The notes below the pieces were generated by a model. That model saw nothing but the letters and a program-made list of their open reading frames with translations. It had not been told where the DNA came from and searched no databases. Below, piece by piece: positions 50,599 through 64,000 of a DNA stretch of 64,000 nt. The stretch is taken from positions 96,805,604 through 96,869,603 of the forward strand of contig NC_092383.1 of assembly GCF_030028105.1 (NCBI RefSeq), read 5' to 3'. The position numbers and the translations under genes are program-made. Position 1 is the first letter of the stretch. Each line of letters begins with the position of its first letter. This DNA is from Mobula birostris (Eukaryota).

Positions 50599-52779
50599 GC
50601 CCAAGTTCATCATGTCTCTTCTAACTAGGTGCATAGCATACGATTCGTAGATACGTGGTGAGGCTTTAATCTCTTCCACGGAAGATGGCCGTTGGCTCAC
50701 AAGGAGCTCATCCGCCCTTTATCAGGTCTTGTTTTTTTTTAGTCCTGCCGGGTGTCCTCACACCCTCCTGAACAGTCCAAATCCAGTGTGGGAGCCGGCC
50801 AAGTCGCTGATCAATTGACCACAGCGCCCGATCGAATGTCGGGCACCCATCCCCAGCCGAATCTCTCCGAGCGTCCAGCGCCCTACCGAAAACCAATAGA
50901 GGAATAGAGGAATAGTTCCTCCGAAAAGAAGAACGTCAATTTACCCTGATCCAACACAAACTCCATTTTATTCGCCATTTGCCTCTTCCTTTGCCCACCT
51001 GATCAAACAATCTCATCTCCCGGAAGTCTGAAGCTTTCTTACAACAACCCAAGGGATTGAATATAGACCCTGTGGATTGTCAGTCATGAAGGAAATAAAA
51101 AACTGTAGAACACTGAAAGAGCCAGGGACAGGGGAAACAGTAAAAACAAATATATTCTTTGTAGTGGAAGGAATGGAGGCTGCCATTTTATGTGTGTTCT
51201 CTGTGGCCACCATTTTGTGAGCTGGCTCCCTCCTGGGGTCGGTTTGATCAGAGCAGCAAATAGTAGATGCAGTGGGGTCGAAAATCTGATAAATAAGAGA
51301 TCATTTCCAAATAAAAAGCTGTTTTTGATTTCATCAGACTGACAGGCTTATCAAAGAAACAGCCTGTGTGACCTGAGGAAGACTGAGCTGCGTATTTGGA
51401 TGAACTGGGTTGAACAAAGGAAGTGACATGGGGCAAGAGCAATAAATTAATACTGTTTGTGGCCTTGTGCCAGATCCAGGGAGAGGCTGGCACAGGTCAG
51501 TCAGATGAAACAGAGCCACTGAAATCGAAACACAACAGTTTAATCGACAAGGCAGAGAATATGAATGAAGGGTTTCAGCGACACAAGAAGTGTGTGACCT
51601 TGGTGAAAGTCTTGCAAAGTTGTAACATGGTGGCAGGAAGTGGTTGAGGCTGTGAAACAGAAAATGGTGCTGGAGTCCAGCTGTCTCTGGAGTGAGAGAG
51701 AAAACACATACAGATGGGCAGCAGGAAGCTCTGCTGTCTCACAACTCCAGCAAACCCAGTTTAAACCTGGTTTTAGATTCCATCTGTGTGGAGTTTGCAT
51801 GTTCTCCCAGTGAAGGCTCAGTTTACCCCGGGTGATCCCATTTCCTCCCAGATTCCAAAGAGACAAGGGCGGTGGGTTAATTGGCCACTATAAATTGCCC
51901 CCACTGAGAGGGTGTGGGGTAGAATGTGGGGGAGGTGATGGGATGAATGAAATGGTATTGCTGTAAAGTGGTGTTTGATGATCGGTGTTCACTCATGGAT
52001 CAAAGGGCCGGTTTCGGTGCTGTTTGACCCCATGGACGGCAGAGGAATTCAGAGAATGGACAAGGCAGCTGAGAGAGCAGCAGACAGAGACGTTGAAGGA
52101 GACAAAGAGCTTCCTGGATGGGAATTCCCAGTGAGAGAGCTCGAGAATGTCTCCGGAGAAGAAAGAAACAGCGGGAGGGATGGAGTTGTCAGTGCTTTCT
52201 GATTCAGGGTGTGGACAAGCAGAGAACCCAGGAGTGACTACAATGATGATGGGTCTGCTCACCCACTCAACAAGTCTCAAACATATGTTCCAGCTCTCTA
52301 CTCAGAGTCCCCCATTACAACTGGTCTTGCCCACCAAGCAGACATGAGAGAGCACAGAGGAGGGAGGGGCCCCACCACGTACAGACTCTACATCTGCTTC
52401 TGGAACAATGGCGGCGTGCTCAGACACAGCGGCCACTCCGGTGTATTTGTTCATCCTGTACGTCTATTTTACATCCACAAGTCAATGCCGGAGACTCAGG
52501 ACATCAGTTACTGCTGGACTACCCCATTAGCGACTTGCTTGATATTGATGGAGCTGGACTTGTTGCGTAAATTTGTGCCCAGACTGTGCGCAGTCCTAAA
52601 AAGGTATGGTTGATTGCCTTGGACATTTAGTATAGTGATAGCAAGACCCTGTTGGACAACAAATACTGCAAGTTTAGTTTACTCATTCTTTGGAGAGACC
52701 AATGGCGGGGGAGTTGCATTGACTTAGTTGTTACGTGAACAAGATGTGCTGCTGGATCTCCAGATGACCATAAGATCTA

Positions 52780-55420
52780 GGAGCAGAATTAGACCATTAA
52801 GTCTGCTCTGTCATTTCATCATGGCTGATCCATTTTTCCTCTCAGCCTCAATTACTTGCCTTCCCCTTTCATGCTCTGACCAATCAAAAATCTATCAACC
52901 TCTGCCTTAAATATACATAGAGAAATGGCCTCCATGGCCAACTGTTGCAACAAATACCACAGATTCACCACACTCTAGCTAAACAAATTCATCCTCAACT
53001 CCATTCGAAAGTGATGCCAATCTATTCTGAGTTGTACTGTCTGGTCTTCAAAACTCCAACGATAGAAAAGATCCTCTCCATATCCACTCTATCAAGTACT
53101 TTTACCATTTCGTAGGATTCAATTAGGTCATCCCTCATTCATTCTGTCCTGCTTGTTATTTTTCAAAGAATTCCAACAGATACGTCAGGCCAAATTTTCC
53201 TTCGAGAAAACTATGCTGACTATGGCATATTTTATCATGCGCCTCTGAGTACCTCAAAAACACATCCGTAACAACCGAAACCAACATCTTCGCAACCACT
53301 GAGGTCAGACTAATTGGCCTATAACTTCCTTTCTTCTGCTTCTCTCCTTTCCTGAAGAATGAAGTGTCATTTGCAATTTTCCAGTCTTCTGGAACCCTTA
53401 GAGAATCCAGTGATTTTTGAAAGATCATTACTAATTTCTCCACAATCGCTTCAGCCACCTCTATCAGAAACCCGGGGTGTAGACCATCTGTTCCAGCTGT
53501 CTTATCTACCACCAGACCTTTCAGTTTCCCAAGGACCTTTTCTCTACTCATGGTAACTTCACACATTACATGACCCCTGATACCTGGAACTTCTACCACA
53601 CTGCTAGATTCTTCCACAGTAAGACTGATGCAAAATACAGTTTGTCTGCCATTTCCTTGTCCCCAATTACAGTATCATTATTCAGTGGTCAATATCCACT
53701 CTCACCTCTCTTTTACACTTTATGTATCTATATTATGATAACTTTCCCCTTAGGTTTCTTTTACCTTAAGCTCTCTGATCAATTCTGGTTCATTGCACAA
53801 CACGTAATCCAGAATAGCTGATCCCCTACTGGGCTCAAACACAAGCTGATGTAAAAAGCCATCTCATATGCTAGGAACTCCCCCACTTGGAATCCTGATT
53901 TTCCCAATCTACCTGCATATTGAAATCCCTCATGACGACTGTAGCATTGCCCTTTTGGCAACCATTTCCCATCTCCCATTGTAAATTGTAGACCACATCC
54001 TTACTGCTGTTTGGGCATCTGTAGATAACACCCATCAGGGTCTTTTTACCCTTGCAGCTCCTTAGCTCTATCCACAATGAGTCATTGTCTTCTGACCCTA
54101 AATCACTTCTTTCTCATGATTTAATTTCTTTTTTGCCAACAGAGCAACGCCACCACCTCTGCCTTCCTGCCTATTCTTTCAATGCATTGTGTATCCTTGG
54201 ACATAAATGCAGCTATAATCATCGTTCAGCCTGAATTCAGTGATGCCTACAACATCATATTTGCCAATCTGTAACTGTGCTACAAGATTATCAACCTTAT
54301 TCCATATTCTGCCCGCATTTAAATATAACACCTTTAGTTCCATATTCACGGTTCTCAATTTTGAACACCTTTTAGATTACAACTCTTCCTGTTGTTTGCA
54401 ATTATTCCCTATCATGTAGCTCTCCCTGCTAGGAGTCTCACTACACATTGCATCTGTTTGCATCTGATAGGGCTTATCTTCAGCACTATCATTCCAGTTC
54501 CCAGCCCCCTGCTGAACTTGTTTAAACCCACCCAAACAATTCTAGCCAACCTGCCCACGAGGATATTGGAGACCCTCGGGATTAGGTGTTACCTGTCCTT
54601 TTTGTACAGGTCATAGCTGCCCCAGGAGAGATCACAAAGACCCATAAATCTGAACCCTTACCTCATGCCCCAGTTCCTCAGCTACATATTCACCTGCCAA
54701 ATCATCCTATTCTTACCCTCACTGGCACATGGCACAGGCAGCAATCCAGTGATTACCATCCTGATGGTCCTGTTTCTCAGCTTTCTACCCAGCTCCATAA
54801 AATCTCTCTTCAGGACCTCCTCACCTTATCTACCTATGTCATTGCTTCCAACATGTATCAATACCTACCTGCTCAACCTTGCTCTTGCGAATGTCATGGA
54901 CACAAAGCAAGTCATCACTGATCCTGGCATCAGGGAGGCAATATTCCATTCGTGTGTCTCTATCTCACCGACAGAATCTCATCTCTGTTCCTCTGACGAA
55001 GGAATCTCCTATCAGTACTGCAGCTCTCTTCACCTCTCTGCTCATCTGAGCCACAGCACCAGACTCAGTGACACAGACCCGGTCATTGTGGCTCCTCCCT
55101 GGTAAGTCATCCCCCTCAAGAGTATCTGAAGTTATTATTGAGGGGAATGGCCACAGGTGTACTCTGCACTGGCTGTGCATTTCCCCTCCTTCTCCTGGCA
55201 GTTCTCAGTTACCTCACTCCTGCAATCCGGGGGTAACTACCTCCCTCTAGTTCTTTTCTATCTCCTCTTCACTCTCCCGTGTGAGTGAAAGGACATCGAG
55301 CTGAACTCCTGTTTCTTAATATATTCTCTCAGGAGCTGAAACTCGGTGCACCTGATGCAGTTGTGTTTATCTGGGAGACTGGAGGTGTCCCACACTTCCC
55401 ACATACCACACAGAATACAC
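52780..55420 (-). mobile_element. Paralogous CR1-LINE retaining the ORF1 esterase segment
   Basis: VLIGDSFVRGTEMRFC (SGNH/GDS esterase of CR1 ORF1) and YRPISLTSVVAKML. Confidence 0.85.
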
Positions 55421-55842
55421 TGTCCCTGCAACCATTCTCACTACACTATGTGGATTGTCCAAATCAGATTTCATACTGGGTTGGGGTCTGAGACCTCCTG
55501 TCTGTGCTTCCCTCCAGTGTTCACTTGGTGGAAGAACAAGCTGGACCAGGACAACTCAAAGACTTGGGCTATATTTTTGTTTCTGGCTCCAGTGCAGCAG
55601 ATCTGCTGAGAATCAGTAACTCAGCTCAATCCTTTGATGGGGGTTTGGAAAGAGAGTACGTACTGTTCACTGGCACGTTGGATGCGTTCAGGTATCAGTG
55701 GACATTACAAAGGCTGGATTGCATCCTGGGCAAGGATGATCATAATTTAATTTGATGTTTTAATTGCATGAATATTTGTAAGGAGTGAACTGTGAGCAGC
55801 GTAATTATTGTAAATAAACCATTCTTTGGAAAATAAATGAGC

Positions 55843-56162
55843 ACATGTTTGACATAAAGTGAAGCTCCATCTATACTGTCCGATCACATTGTCAATGCAT
55901 GGGTTAAGCTGTGTGATGAACTTCTTCCATCGCTCCATGATTCCAGAAGTGGTGTATGCTGGCATCTCTCACAGATTCTCCTCCCCTTCACCAGCTGAAG
56001 CTGGTGGGATGCCCAAGGTCAAGGAGCAGATCCAGCTGAGGTCAAAGGTCTTGGTAATGTTCAGAACCATGAGAAACACGCACAAACTACTGTAGGATCT
56101 CAGCATGTCAGGCAGTCTCCATGAAAATGAATAAACCATGATGTATCTTTCTGACACGGGGT
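55843..56162 (-). pseudogene. Degenerate IgC2 pseudo-exon (unit 2)
   Basis: Paralog of 28176-28486. ORF 55969-56157 shows VLNITKTFDLSWICSLTLGIP. Confidence 0.75.
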
Positions 56163-59100
56163 CTGAGGTTGAGCAGGAACAATGAAAGATGAGTTAAGCA
56201 TATCCTCATGGACACCTCGATTCCCGATTCCTGCATTCCATCCCCAACATTCCCAAGTGAACTTTAAGCCAATCCCAGTTCATTTCACCCATCACTTTAA
56301 CTCTTCCCTCAACCTTCATTTCAGCATTTGTTGCTGGAGTAAGTTCCCACTTTCCCAAACACTGCCCGCAAACATCCATAAAAAATCCACAGTGCCCTGT
56401 TTATGGCTTTGATTCCCAGCGAGCCTCTCCGGCCCACATCTGTTGTCACTATTGTAAATGCAACCTCCAGGTTGAGCCGGTTGTGAAGAAGGTGAAAGCA
56501 TTGTTGGTGTTCATTTCTAGAGGTATAGAATATAAGAGCAGGGATGTGATATTGAGGCTCTATAAGGCATTCATGAGACCACACTTGGAGTATTGTGTGC
56601 GGTTTTGGTCTCCTTCTTTTAGAAAGAATATACTGACATAGGAGAGGGTTCAGAGAAGATTCACGAGAATGATTCCAGGAATGAAATGGTTACCATATGA
56701 GGACCATTGGCAGCACTTGGGCTGTATTCCTTGGAGTTCAGGAGAATGAGGGGGGATCTCATTGAAAAATTGCCTACATAAAAAATCCACAGTGCCCTGT
56801 TTATGGCTTTGATTCCCAGCAATCCCAGCTGTCCAGGCCCACATCGGTTGTCACCATCATAAGTGGTCCCAGTTTCCCTTCTACACCCAGGTGTGACCCA
56901 GCCCAGACCGTGTCTGAATCTGGTCCAAGAGCAGCAGACCCAGAACTGTGATCAGCACCGACTGTGACCAGGACTGTGTGCAATGCTTCAGTGTGAACCT
57001 GGCACTGAGTCACACACCCTCTCCCCTACAGGGACATTCATCGGCTCACAGATCGGGGGTGGAATCAGGAAGTTAATTCCAATCTGGTGATGTGACACAT
57101 TCTGAGACGGGAAACAAGGAGCGGAATAGGGGATCAGTCACAGGGATAGGGGCAGGGATGTGGGACAGAGGAGTTAAACATTTACTTTGTATCTGTTTTA
57201 AGGGTAAGGGCAAAATCAAACCTGCAAGTATCAGAGAACCAAGAGTCACATGAGAATGAAAAATTGATGGGAATAGGTATGATTCAATAAGTCCATTGAA
57301 ACAGGTTGATGTCGATAAATCCCAAGGACCCAATGATCTACATCCCTGTGCTTTAGGAGGAGATGGCAACAGAAATGAGGTGCTACAGTTATCATCATAT
57401 AAAGTTCCATAAATTGTGGAATGTTTGTTCTGCATTGGAACAGGAGGGTTTCCCAGACATGAGGCTATGGACAAGAATGACAGCTGTCTTATTTGTCAGG
57501 TGAGTGTGGTAAATGATCTCCGCAAACATGGAAGACGAGGCTGACTCGAGGGTCGAGGCGTGCAGGAGTGAGAAGTTGGAGTGAGGTGGAGACATGGTTG
57601 GGGAGAGGTGGTTGGAGCGAGGTTGAGACATGGTTGAGATGGAGTTGGGGTTGGCAAAACAGAGAAAAGTTGGAGTGAAGAGGGATCAGAACCCGCCCAC
57701 CTCAGCCAAGAGCGATGTCTGATCGATCTAGCACTGGGCCAACGTTGAAAGCTCGGGTACGAGCTGAGACATGGTGGCAGGGTCCAGGCTACATCATGTT
57801 GACGTGACAGGGCCTGGTCGTCGAGCGATGTTTGGATGATTTAAACACTGAGCCAGATGGATTGAAAAGGCCGTGCGTTGGGTCTGGAGGTGAGTGTCGC
57901 ATGTTTTGTTACATATTGAGACTGAGGCTTGGGCCTGCTCCGAGTGGTCCAGGGTTCATGTATGCCAGCTCCGTGACGTTTTGCCCTGCTGTGTGATGAA
58001 CTGAGGCTGAGACTGTGGCCTGCTCCGGATGCTCTCTGGGCTCACTTTCATTCTGAACGCTTTGGCTGCCTTTTATTGTTTGCACGATTGGTGTGTTGTT
58101 TCTCTGTCTCTATGCACATTGGGTGTTCGTTGTCATTCTTTTTTCATGGGTTCTTTTGAGATTCTTGTTTTGTGACTGTCCATAAAAAGATGAATCTCAA
58201 CGTTATATAACGTATGCACACTTTGATCATACATGTACTTTGAAATTGGAGGTGTTGCTGTTATGATCCAGCAGCAATGGAGATGAATTTGAGTCGAGTT
58301 TTTACAAAATAAACAATGATATTTATTAACCTATGCTCAAAACATCGAAAAGTAAATGAATGACTAACTTAACCGGAAGTTAACAGTTAGGCGACTGTAT
58401 CGAACAAACAGTCAAACTTATAAACTGTTCTTAAAGAGTTCTCAACCAAGCACAGACTTAAAGTGTTAAATTCAAAAGTCCATGTGATTTATACAGTCAT
58501 TAAGGAGAGACTTCCCCAAAACAACGGTTCCTTCGAAGTAATGACGAACCTGCCGATCATAGACGAGAGATGCCTTCTCCAAAGAAATCACGAAGAAATA
58601 AAGGAACTGACCTTTTGACTGGAGGGTGGACTCTGCAGAAACCGTCCAGACCTTGCAGGGGTTTCACTCAAATGTGCATGTCATAATTCTCGAACAAAAA
58701 TTCAAAAAGGTTGATCATACCCAAGACGCTGAATGACATTATCTATACCCAATCCTTTGAACTTGGATAACTCTGGTAATGCCTTTACTCTCTGATACTG
58801 GACAGTAAGGGAAAAATAAATGTGCAACAAACATCCGACCAGCAACAACAACGTTGCACTAAAAGTAAAAATGAGAACTGCGTCACACTGGCGGACTATG
58901 TTTAAATACCGTTTGGAGCATGCTATCACGTGACATCACATCACCCCGCTATCATGAGACCATTAAATCATGACCATCACGAGATAATGACATAATGCTT
59001 ACGAGGTAATTACATCAAGCTCACGGGATGTGTAACATCGTGAAAGAAGTCAAGGAGGATGGAGTCATAGAGACACACAGCACAGAAGCAGGCTTTTCGG

Positions 59101-61790
59101 CCCATCATATCCATGATCACCATCCAACACCTGATCGCACTCGACATATTTACCTGTGTAATGTCCAGGCTAAGGCCCTATTTTATTTTATTTCTACTGC
59201 TATGATGTGATATATTTTAATTTTAGTAGTTCTTCTGCGATTGTCAAAGTTGTGGTATCTGCTGAAACCAAATCATATCGACCTTAGTCGTATGAAACTT
59301 ACTGAGGGTGGCTTTCTCACCGTTACCCATGCAAAGCTGAGTCACGTAGTTATTAGCCAGAGTTAGTTAACCAGCCAAGTTTGTTACAAGTCACAGTGAG
59401 AGGGTTCCATTTTTGGGGGCTCTTCCGGGATTGGAATGCTGTATGAATGCTGTGTAAGGATTGATTAAGCTGCTTAATTGTCTGTCTAGGGCAGTGCTTT
59501 TTGGTGTGAGATATTTTATTATGGATGCCAAAGAGATTAAGGTCAGGAGCAATGCGATACCAGTGATGTAACTGAAGTCACGCTGACCGATAGAATAGGG
59601 GTACCTAGAAAGGCAGGCCCTGGCCAGTTCATATCTTTAGACATAGAGGATGAATATTTTAATGGCAAGATGCTCTATTTTCTGCGAAGTGAGTTGAAGA
59701 TTTTGTCTGATATGAAAAGTGTAATAGGTCATTCAGCTGTTAATTTACCTTTGTAAGTTCTGAGCTGGTTTTGGCTCTTACATCACTGGTTGCTCAACAC
59801 TAAAGTGTACTTGTGAAGAGCCAAAGTTATTGTAGGCTGAGAATGTTCCCTGTAGTCAAACCCACACCCGAGAGGTAAAGTTACAGCTATATAGGGCCCT
59901 GGTCAGACCCCACTTGGAGTACTGGGCTCAGTTCTGGACACTTCACTACAGGAAGGATGTGGAGACTACAGAAAAGGTGCAGAGGAGATTTACAAGGATG
60001 TTGTCTGGATTGGGGAGCATGCCTTATGAGAATAGGTTGAGTGAACATGGCTCTTTCTCCTTGGACTGACGGAGGATGAGAGGTGACCTGAAAGAGGTAT
60101 ATAAGATGATAAGAGGCTTTGATCGTGTGGATAATCAGAGGCTTTTTCCCAGGGATGAAATGGCTAACACGAGAGAACACAGTTTTAAGGTCCTTGGAAG
60201 TAGGTACAGAGGAGATGTCAGGGGTAAGTTTTTTACGCACAGAGCGGTGAGTGCGTGGAATGGGCTGCCGGCGATGGTGGTGGAGCTGGATACAATAGGG
60301 TCTTTTAAGAGGCTCCTGGATAGGTACATGGAGCTCAGAAAAATAGAGGGCTATGGGTAACCCTAGATAATTTCTAAATTAAGGATATGTTTGGCACAGC
60401 ATTGTGGGCTGAAGGGCCTGTATTGTGTTGCAGATTTTCTATGTTTCAATGGTTCTATGAAAAATTTACAAACCTCCATGTCTATTCTGCTGCCCTATTG
60501 TAGATCTCCATCAGTGTCTTTGGATCTCTCCTACATCCATATCGAAAATCATTAATGTACGTTCAAAATTCAAAGTAAATTTATTATCAATGTACATATA
60601 TGTCACCGTATAGAAACATGAGATTAATTCTCTTGAGGGCACACACAGTAAATCTAAGAAACACAATAGAATCAATGAAACATCGCATCCAACGCACACA
60701 AATAGTGTCCAGCAACAACCCCTATTGGTCAAAACTGGCCATAGGCTTCCAAACACAAAAGCAACAGCCCACTATCACTCTCTGCCTCCTATTACCAAGC
60801 TCACTTTGTAATTAATGTACCAACTTGCTTGGATCCTAGGAGTTTAAACATTTAGACATGCCTTCCACATCCTAGTGAGGTGTAGAGAGCTCGAATGGTC
60901 ATGTGGCAGTATGAGATCACTGGCCCAGATCCTGCACAACATAGTCGCTCCCCGTCTATGCTGTATTCCTGCATCGTTTATATTAAATCCCTGTCTCTCG
61001 TTCTCCTCACTTTCCAACAACTCCCTCTCCCTTAAACCCGAGACACATCCATATACTGGGAATCTTGCGCAACACACTCTCCATGCTGGAGGAACTCAGC
61101 AGTTCAGGCAGCAGGCAGCCGAATTGTTGACTATTATTCTCCTGCAGAGATGCTGTCTGACGTGCTGAGTTCTTCCAGCACTTTGTGTGTGTTGTTGCTC
61201 CCTTAAACCTTTCCATTTTCCTCCGTCCCTTAAATCCCTGTTCTCCACTGAGTCCCACCTCATAAACATTCCTCATAAATCCAATACCAGTCTGAAATCT
61301 TCTCCCCTCCGCCCTCTTCCTTCCCTTCCTGATTTCTGGCAGAAGGTTGACAGAGTCTCTTGGATCCCCATCTTTCCCCAGTGATAATTCCGCACCCTCG
61401 GTGTGAACCAGTGTTTGACAGTTGATCACTCAAGATGGGAGAGTGGTGAGCATTTGGAAACTGGGCACAGGCTCACATTATTCATTTAATTATTGACTAC
61501 TGTTTGAGTAAGATTAATCAAGGTGATAATCTACAGGGGAACATTCTGACAAAATCTCTTCCACCAGATAAAACTGGAGACTATTTTTGAACTAACATTC
61601 AACACTTACAAAGCACAGCAGCAAAGAGCAGCCATGCTTTTGTCCCATAGACCTCACCCCTCACTACGACAGTGGGACACAGAGGAAACCTGCATCTCCA
61701 AGCCACCGTTCCACATGCAGATCTCCCTGAGAGTCCGTATCCTCCGTGTGCCAGTGCCGAGGGAGGGACGATCCATCCTAGGCTACAGGA

Positions 61791-62408
61791 ACACGAGGAG
61801 ATCTGCAGATGCTGGAATTTCAAGCAACACATATAAAAGTTGCTGGTGAACGCAGCAGGCCAGGCAGCATCTCTAGGAAGAGGTACAGTCGACATTTCGG
61901 GCCGAGATCCTTCGTCAGGACTAACTGAAAGTAGAGCTAGTAAGAGATTTGAAAGTGGGAGGGGGAGGGGGAGATCCAAAATGATAGGAAAAGACAGGAG
62001 GGGGAGGGATGGAGCCAAGAGCTGGACAGGTGATTGGCAAAGGGGGTATGAGAGGATCATGGAACAGGAGGCCTAGGGAGAAAGAAAGGGGGAGAGGTGA
62101 AGCCCAGAGGATGGACAAGGGGTATAGTGAGAGGGATAGAGGGAGAAAAAGGAGAGAGAGAAAAAGAATATGTATATATATATATAATAAATAATGGACG
62201 GGGTACGAGGGGGAGGAGGGGCATTAACGGAAGTTTGAGAAATCAATGCTCATGCCATCAGGTTGGAGGCTACCCAGACGGAATATAAGGTGTTGTTCCT
62301 CCAACCTGAGTGTGGCTTCATCTTGACAGTACAGGAGGCCGTGGATAGACGTATCAGAATGGGAATGGGATGTGCAATTAAAATGTGTGGCCACTGGGAG
62401 ATCCTGCC
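61791..62408 (-). mobile_element. Penelope-like element fragment (GIY-YIG C-terminus), unit 3 only
   Basis: ORF 62224-62472 PVATHFN...LEEQHLIFRLGSLQPDGMSIDFSNF. 6-bp TSD acagga. Empty sites near 8766 and 34885. Confidence 0.82.
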
Positions 62409-63722
62409 ACAGGATACTGTCCAGGGGTTCTGTCCTCAGCCCATCCATGGGGGGTCTGGCATGGTGCATCACTGCAGCATACTCAGTGGGATTAGTCTCC
62501 GCAACGACCTCCGGACCAGCAAACTACAAAAGAAACAGAACCTGTCAGCTCTGGCCGATTTAAGGGAAACAGGGACAGGACACACTGTGTCAGGAATTCT
62601 TGGAGACTGGGAAACATAGCCAGGGAAATAGAGTCCAGGACCCATTCAGGGAGATAGAGACCAGAACACAGAGACAGGACCTGGAGACAGCACACAGAAA
62701 CAAGGAGATACAGACTGGGAGCCGTAGACAGGACATCGAGATAGGAAGATACAGACCAGGACCCTGGGACAGGGAGATACAGATGAGGACACAGAGGCAT
62801 GGAGATTTAGACAAGGACACGGAAGCAAGGAGATACAGACCAGGACCGGGAGACAAGACACAGAGACAGGGAGATATAGATCAGGACCTAGTGACAGGAC
62901 ATGGAGACTGGATACAGAGATAAGGACTCTGGAGAGGGGAGACATTGAGACTGGGCACATCGACACGTGACACATGGACACAAAAGACCTGGACATGCAA
63001 AGCGACACACAATGATGGAAACTCAGATCACACAGTCAGCACCAATCAACTGACAAACAATCATACTGACCCAGCATCAACACGGTCTCACTCTCAGTGC
63101 ATTCGGAATGAACTCACTAACTGCCCATCGACACAAATATTAAATCCGCGACTAATCATCGGAAATGTACACACTGGGTGGACCGGGTGTGTGGCGGCAG
63201 AGTACCTCAGTCACTGGATGTGTGTGATGGACAGTGTACCCTAGTGACTGTGTGTGTGAGGGACAGTGTTCCCCAGTGACTGTGTGTGGGGTGACAGTGT
63301 ACCCCAGTAACCGGATGTGTGAGGGACAGTGAACCCCAGTGACTGTGTGTGGGGTGACAGTGTACCCCAGTAACCGGGTGTGTGAGGGACAGTGAACCCC
63401 AGTGACTGGGTGTGGGGTGTCAGTGTGCCCCAGTAACCGGGTGTGTGAGGGACAGTGAACCCCAGTGACTGTGTGTGGGGTGACAGTGTACCCCAGTAAC
63501 CGGATGTGTGGGGACAGTGCACTCAGTGACTGTGCGGTGTGTACAATCCAGGCCTGGAGATCACTGAGGCAAAGTTTCAATTGACTCCTCAGTGGTATGT
63601 GGGATCTTGCTGTGCCCCCGTGTGTGCGCTGCTGAGTTCCGCAGTGGTGGTTGGAATGATCTCCGGTGACGGGGACCTGTGGTTGATCCTGGGATTGTGC
63701 AGATTACATGTAGGCCTTATGT

Positions 63723-63880
63723 TCAGTCTGCCCCAAGGAGGGAGAGTGACCCGGAGTGACCTCTTTCCAGGGGTAACGTGTCTGTCATTACCCTGTCATT
63801 CCCCTTGGGGGGCTGCCAGACACTGTGATTCTTCTGCATTCTCTGAAGATTTGTGTAAATGATGCCTGTCTCCGCTTGGT
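63723..63880 (-). CDS. Gene C last exon (ITIM IIYTNL); the rest of the gene lies beyond the window
   Basis: DQAETGIIYTNLQRMQKNHSVW...LLGAD*, with the same acceptor as genes A and B. Confidence 0.78.
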
Positions 63881-64000
63881 CTGTGGGACAGAAAGGAGAG
63901 GTGACAGGATCTGTACTGAAACCATTCCCCACTTTATCTGAGCCCTCTCTCCCACCCCTGTTGTCACCTCCCTGCCCAGCCCCTCTCCCTCCCTCCCCCA

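Larger units (their letters stand above)
33559..60458. repeat. Tandem segmental duplication unit 2 (26.9 kb)
   Basis: Colinear with unit 1. The ORF track shows paired near-identical ORFs ~26-28 kb apart. Confidence 0.95.
60459..64000. repeat. Tandem segmental duplication unit 3 (partial, runs off the window)
   Basis: Same junction and same sequence as 7438-10400 and 33559-36560. Confidence 0.93.

Overview
Vertebrate nuclear DNA, most likely a cartilaginous fish (ray/skate-like); the organism call is inferred from the CR1-LINE, Rex1-like and Penelope-like repeat families. There are no prokaryotic features (no CRISPR, operons or rRNA), and most ORFs in the track are repeat-derived noise. From ~7.4 kb onward the window is a head-to-tail tandem array of a ~26-27 kb unit: unit 1 7438-33558, unit 2 33559-60458, unit 3 60459 to the end. 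Each unit carries a minus-strand, five-exon CD2/SLAM-family receptor gene: leader, disulfide-less IgV, IgC2, TM, and a tail with one ITIM (IIYT[D/N]L). Genes A and B are complete and in frame, 316 aa each by hand assembly; only the last exon of gene C is in the window. Units 1 and 2 each also carry a degenerate extra IgC2 exon and a 178-bp piece of the CYHR1/ZFTRAF1 coding sequence that is exactly circularly permuted, the most unusual feature found. The units differ by copy-specific insertions (a Gypsy element, a solo LTR, Penelope and CR1 fragments), an intronic inversion between inverted CR1s, and apparent gene-conversion tracts. Exon, TSD and LTR coordinates were derived by hand. Other repeat boundaries are approximate.
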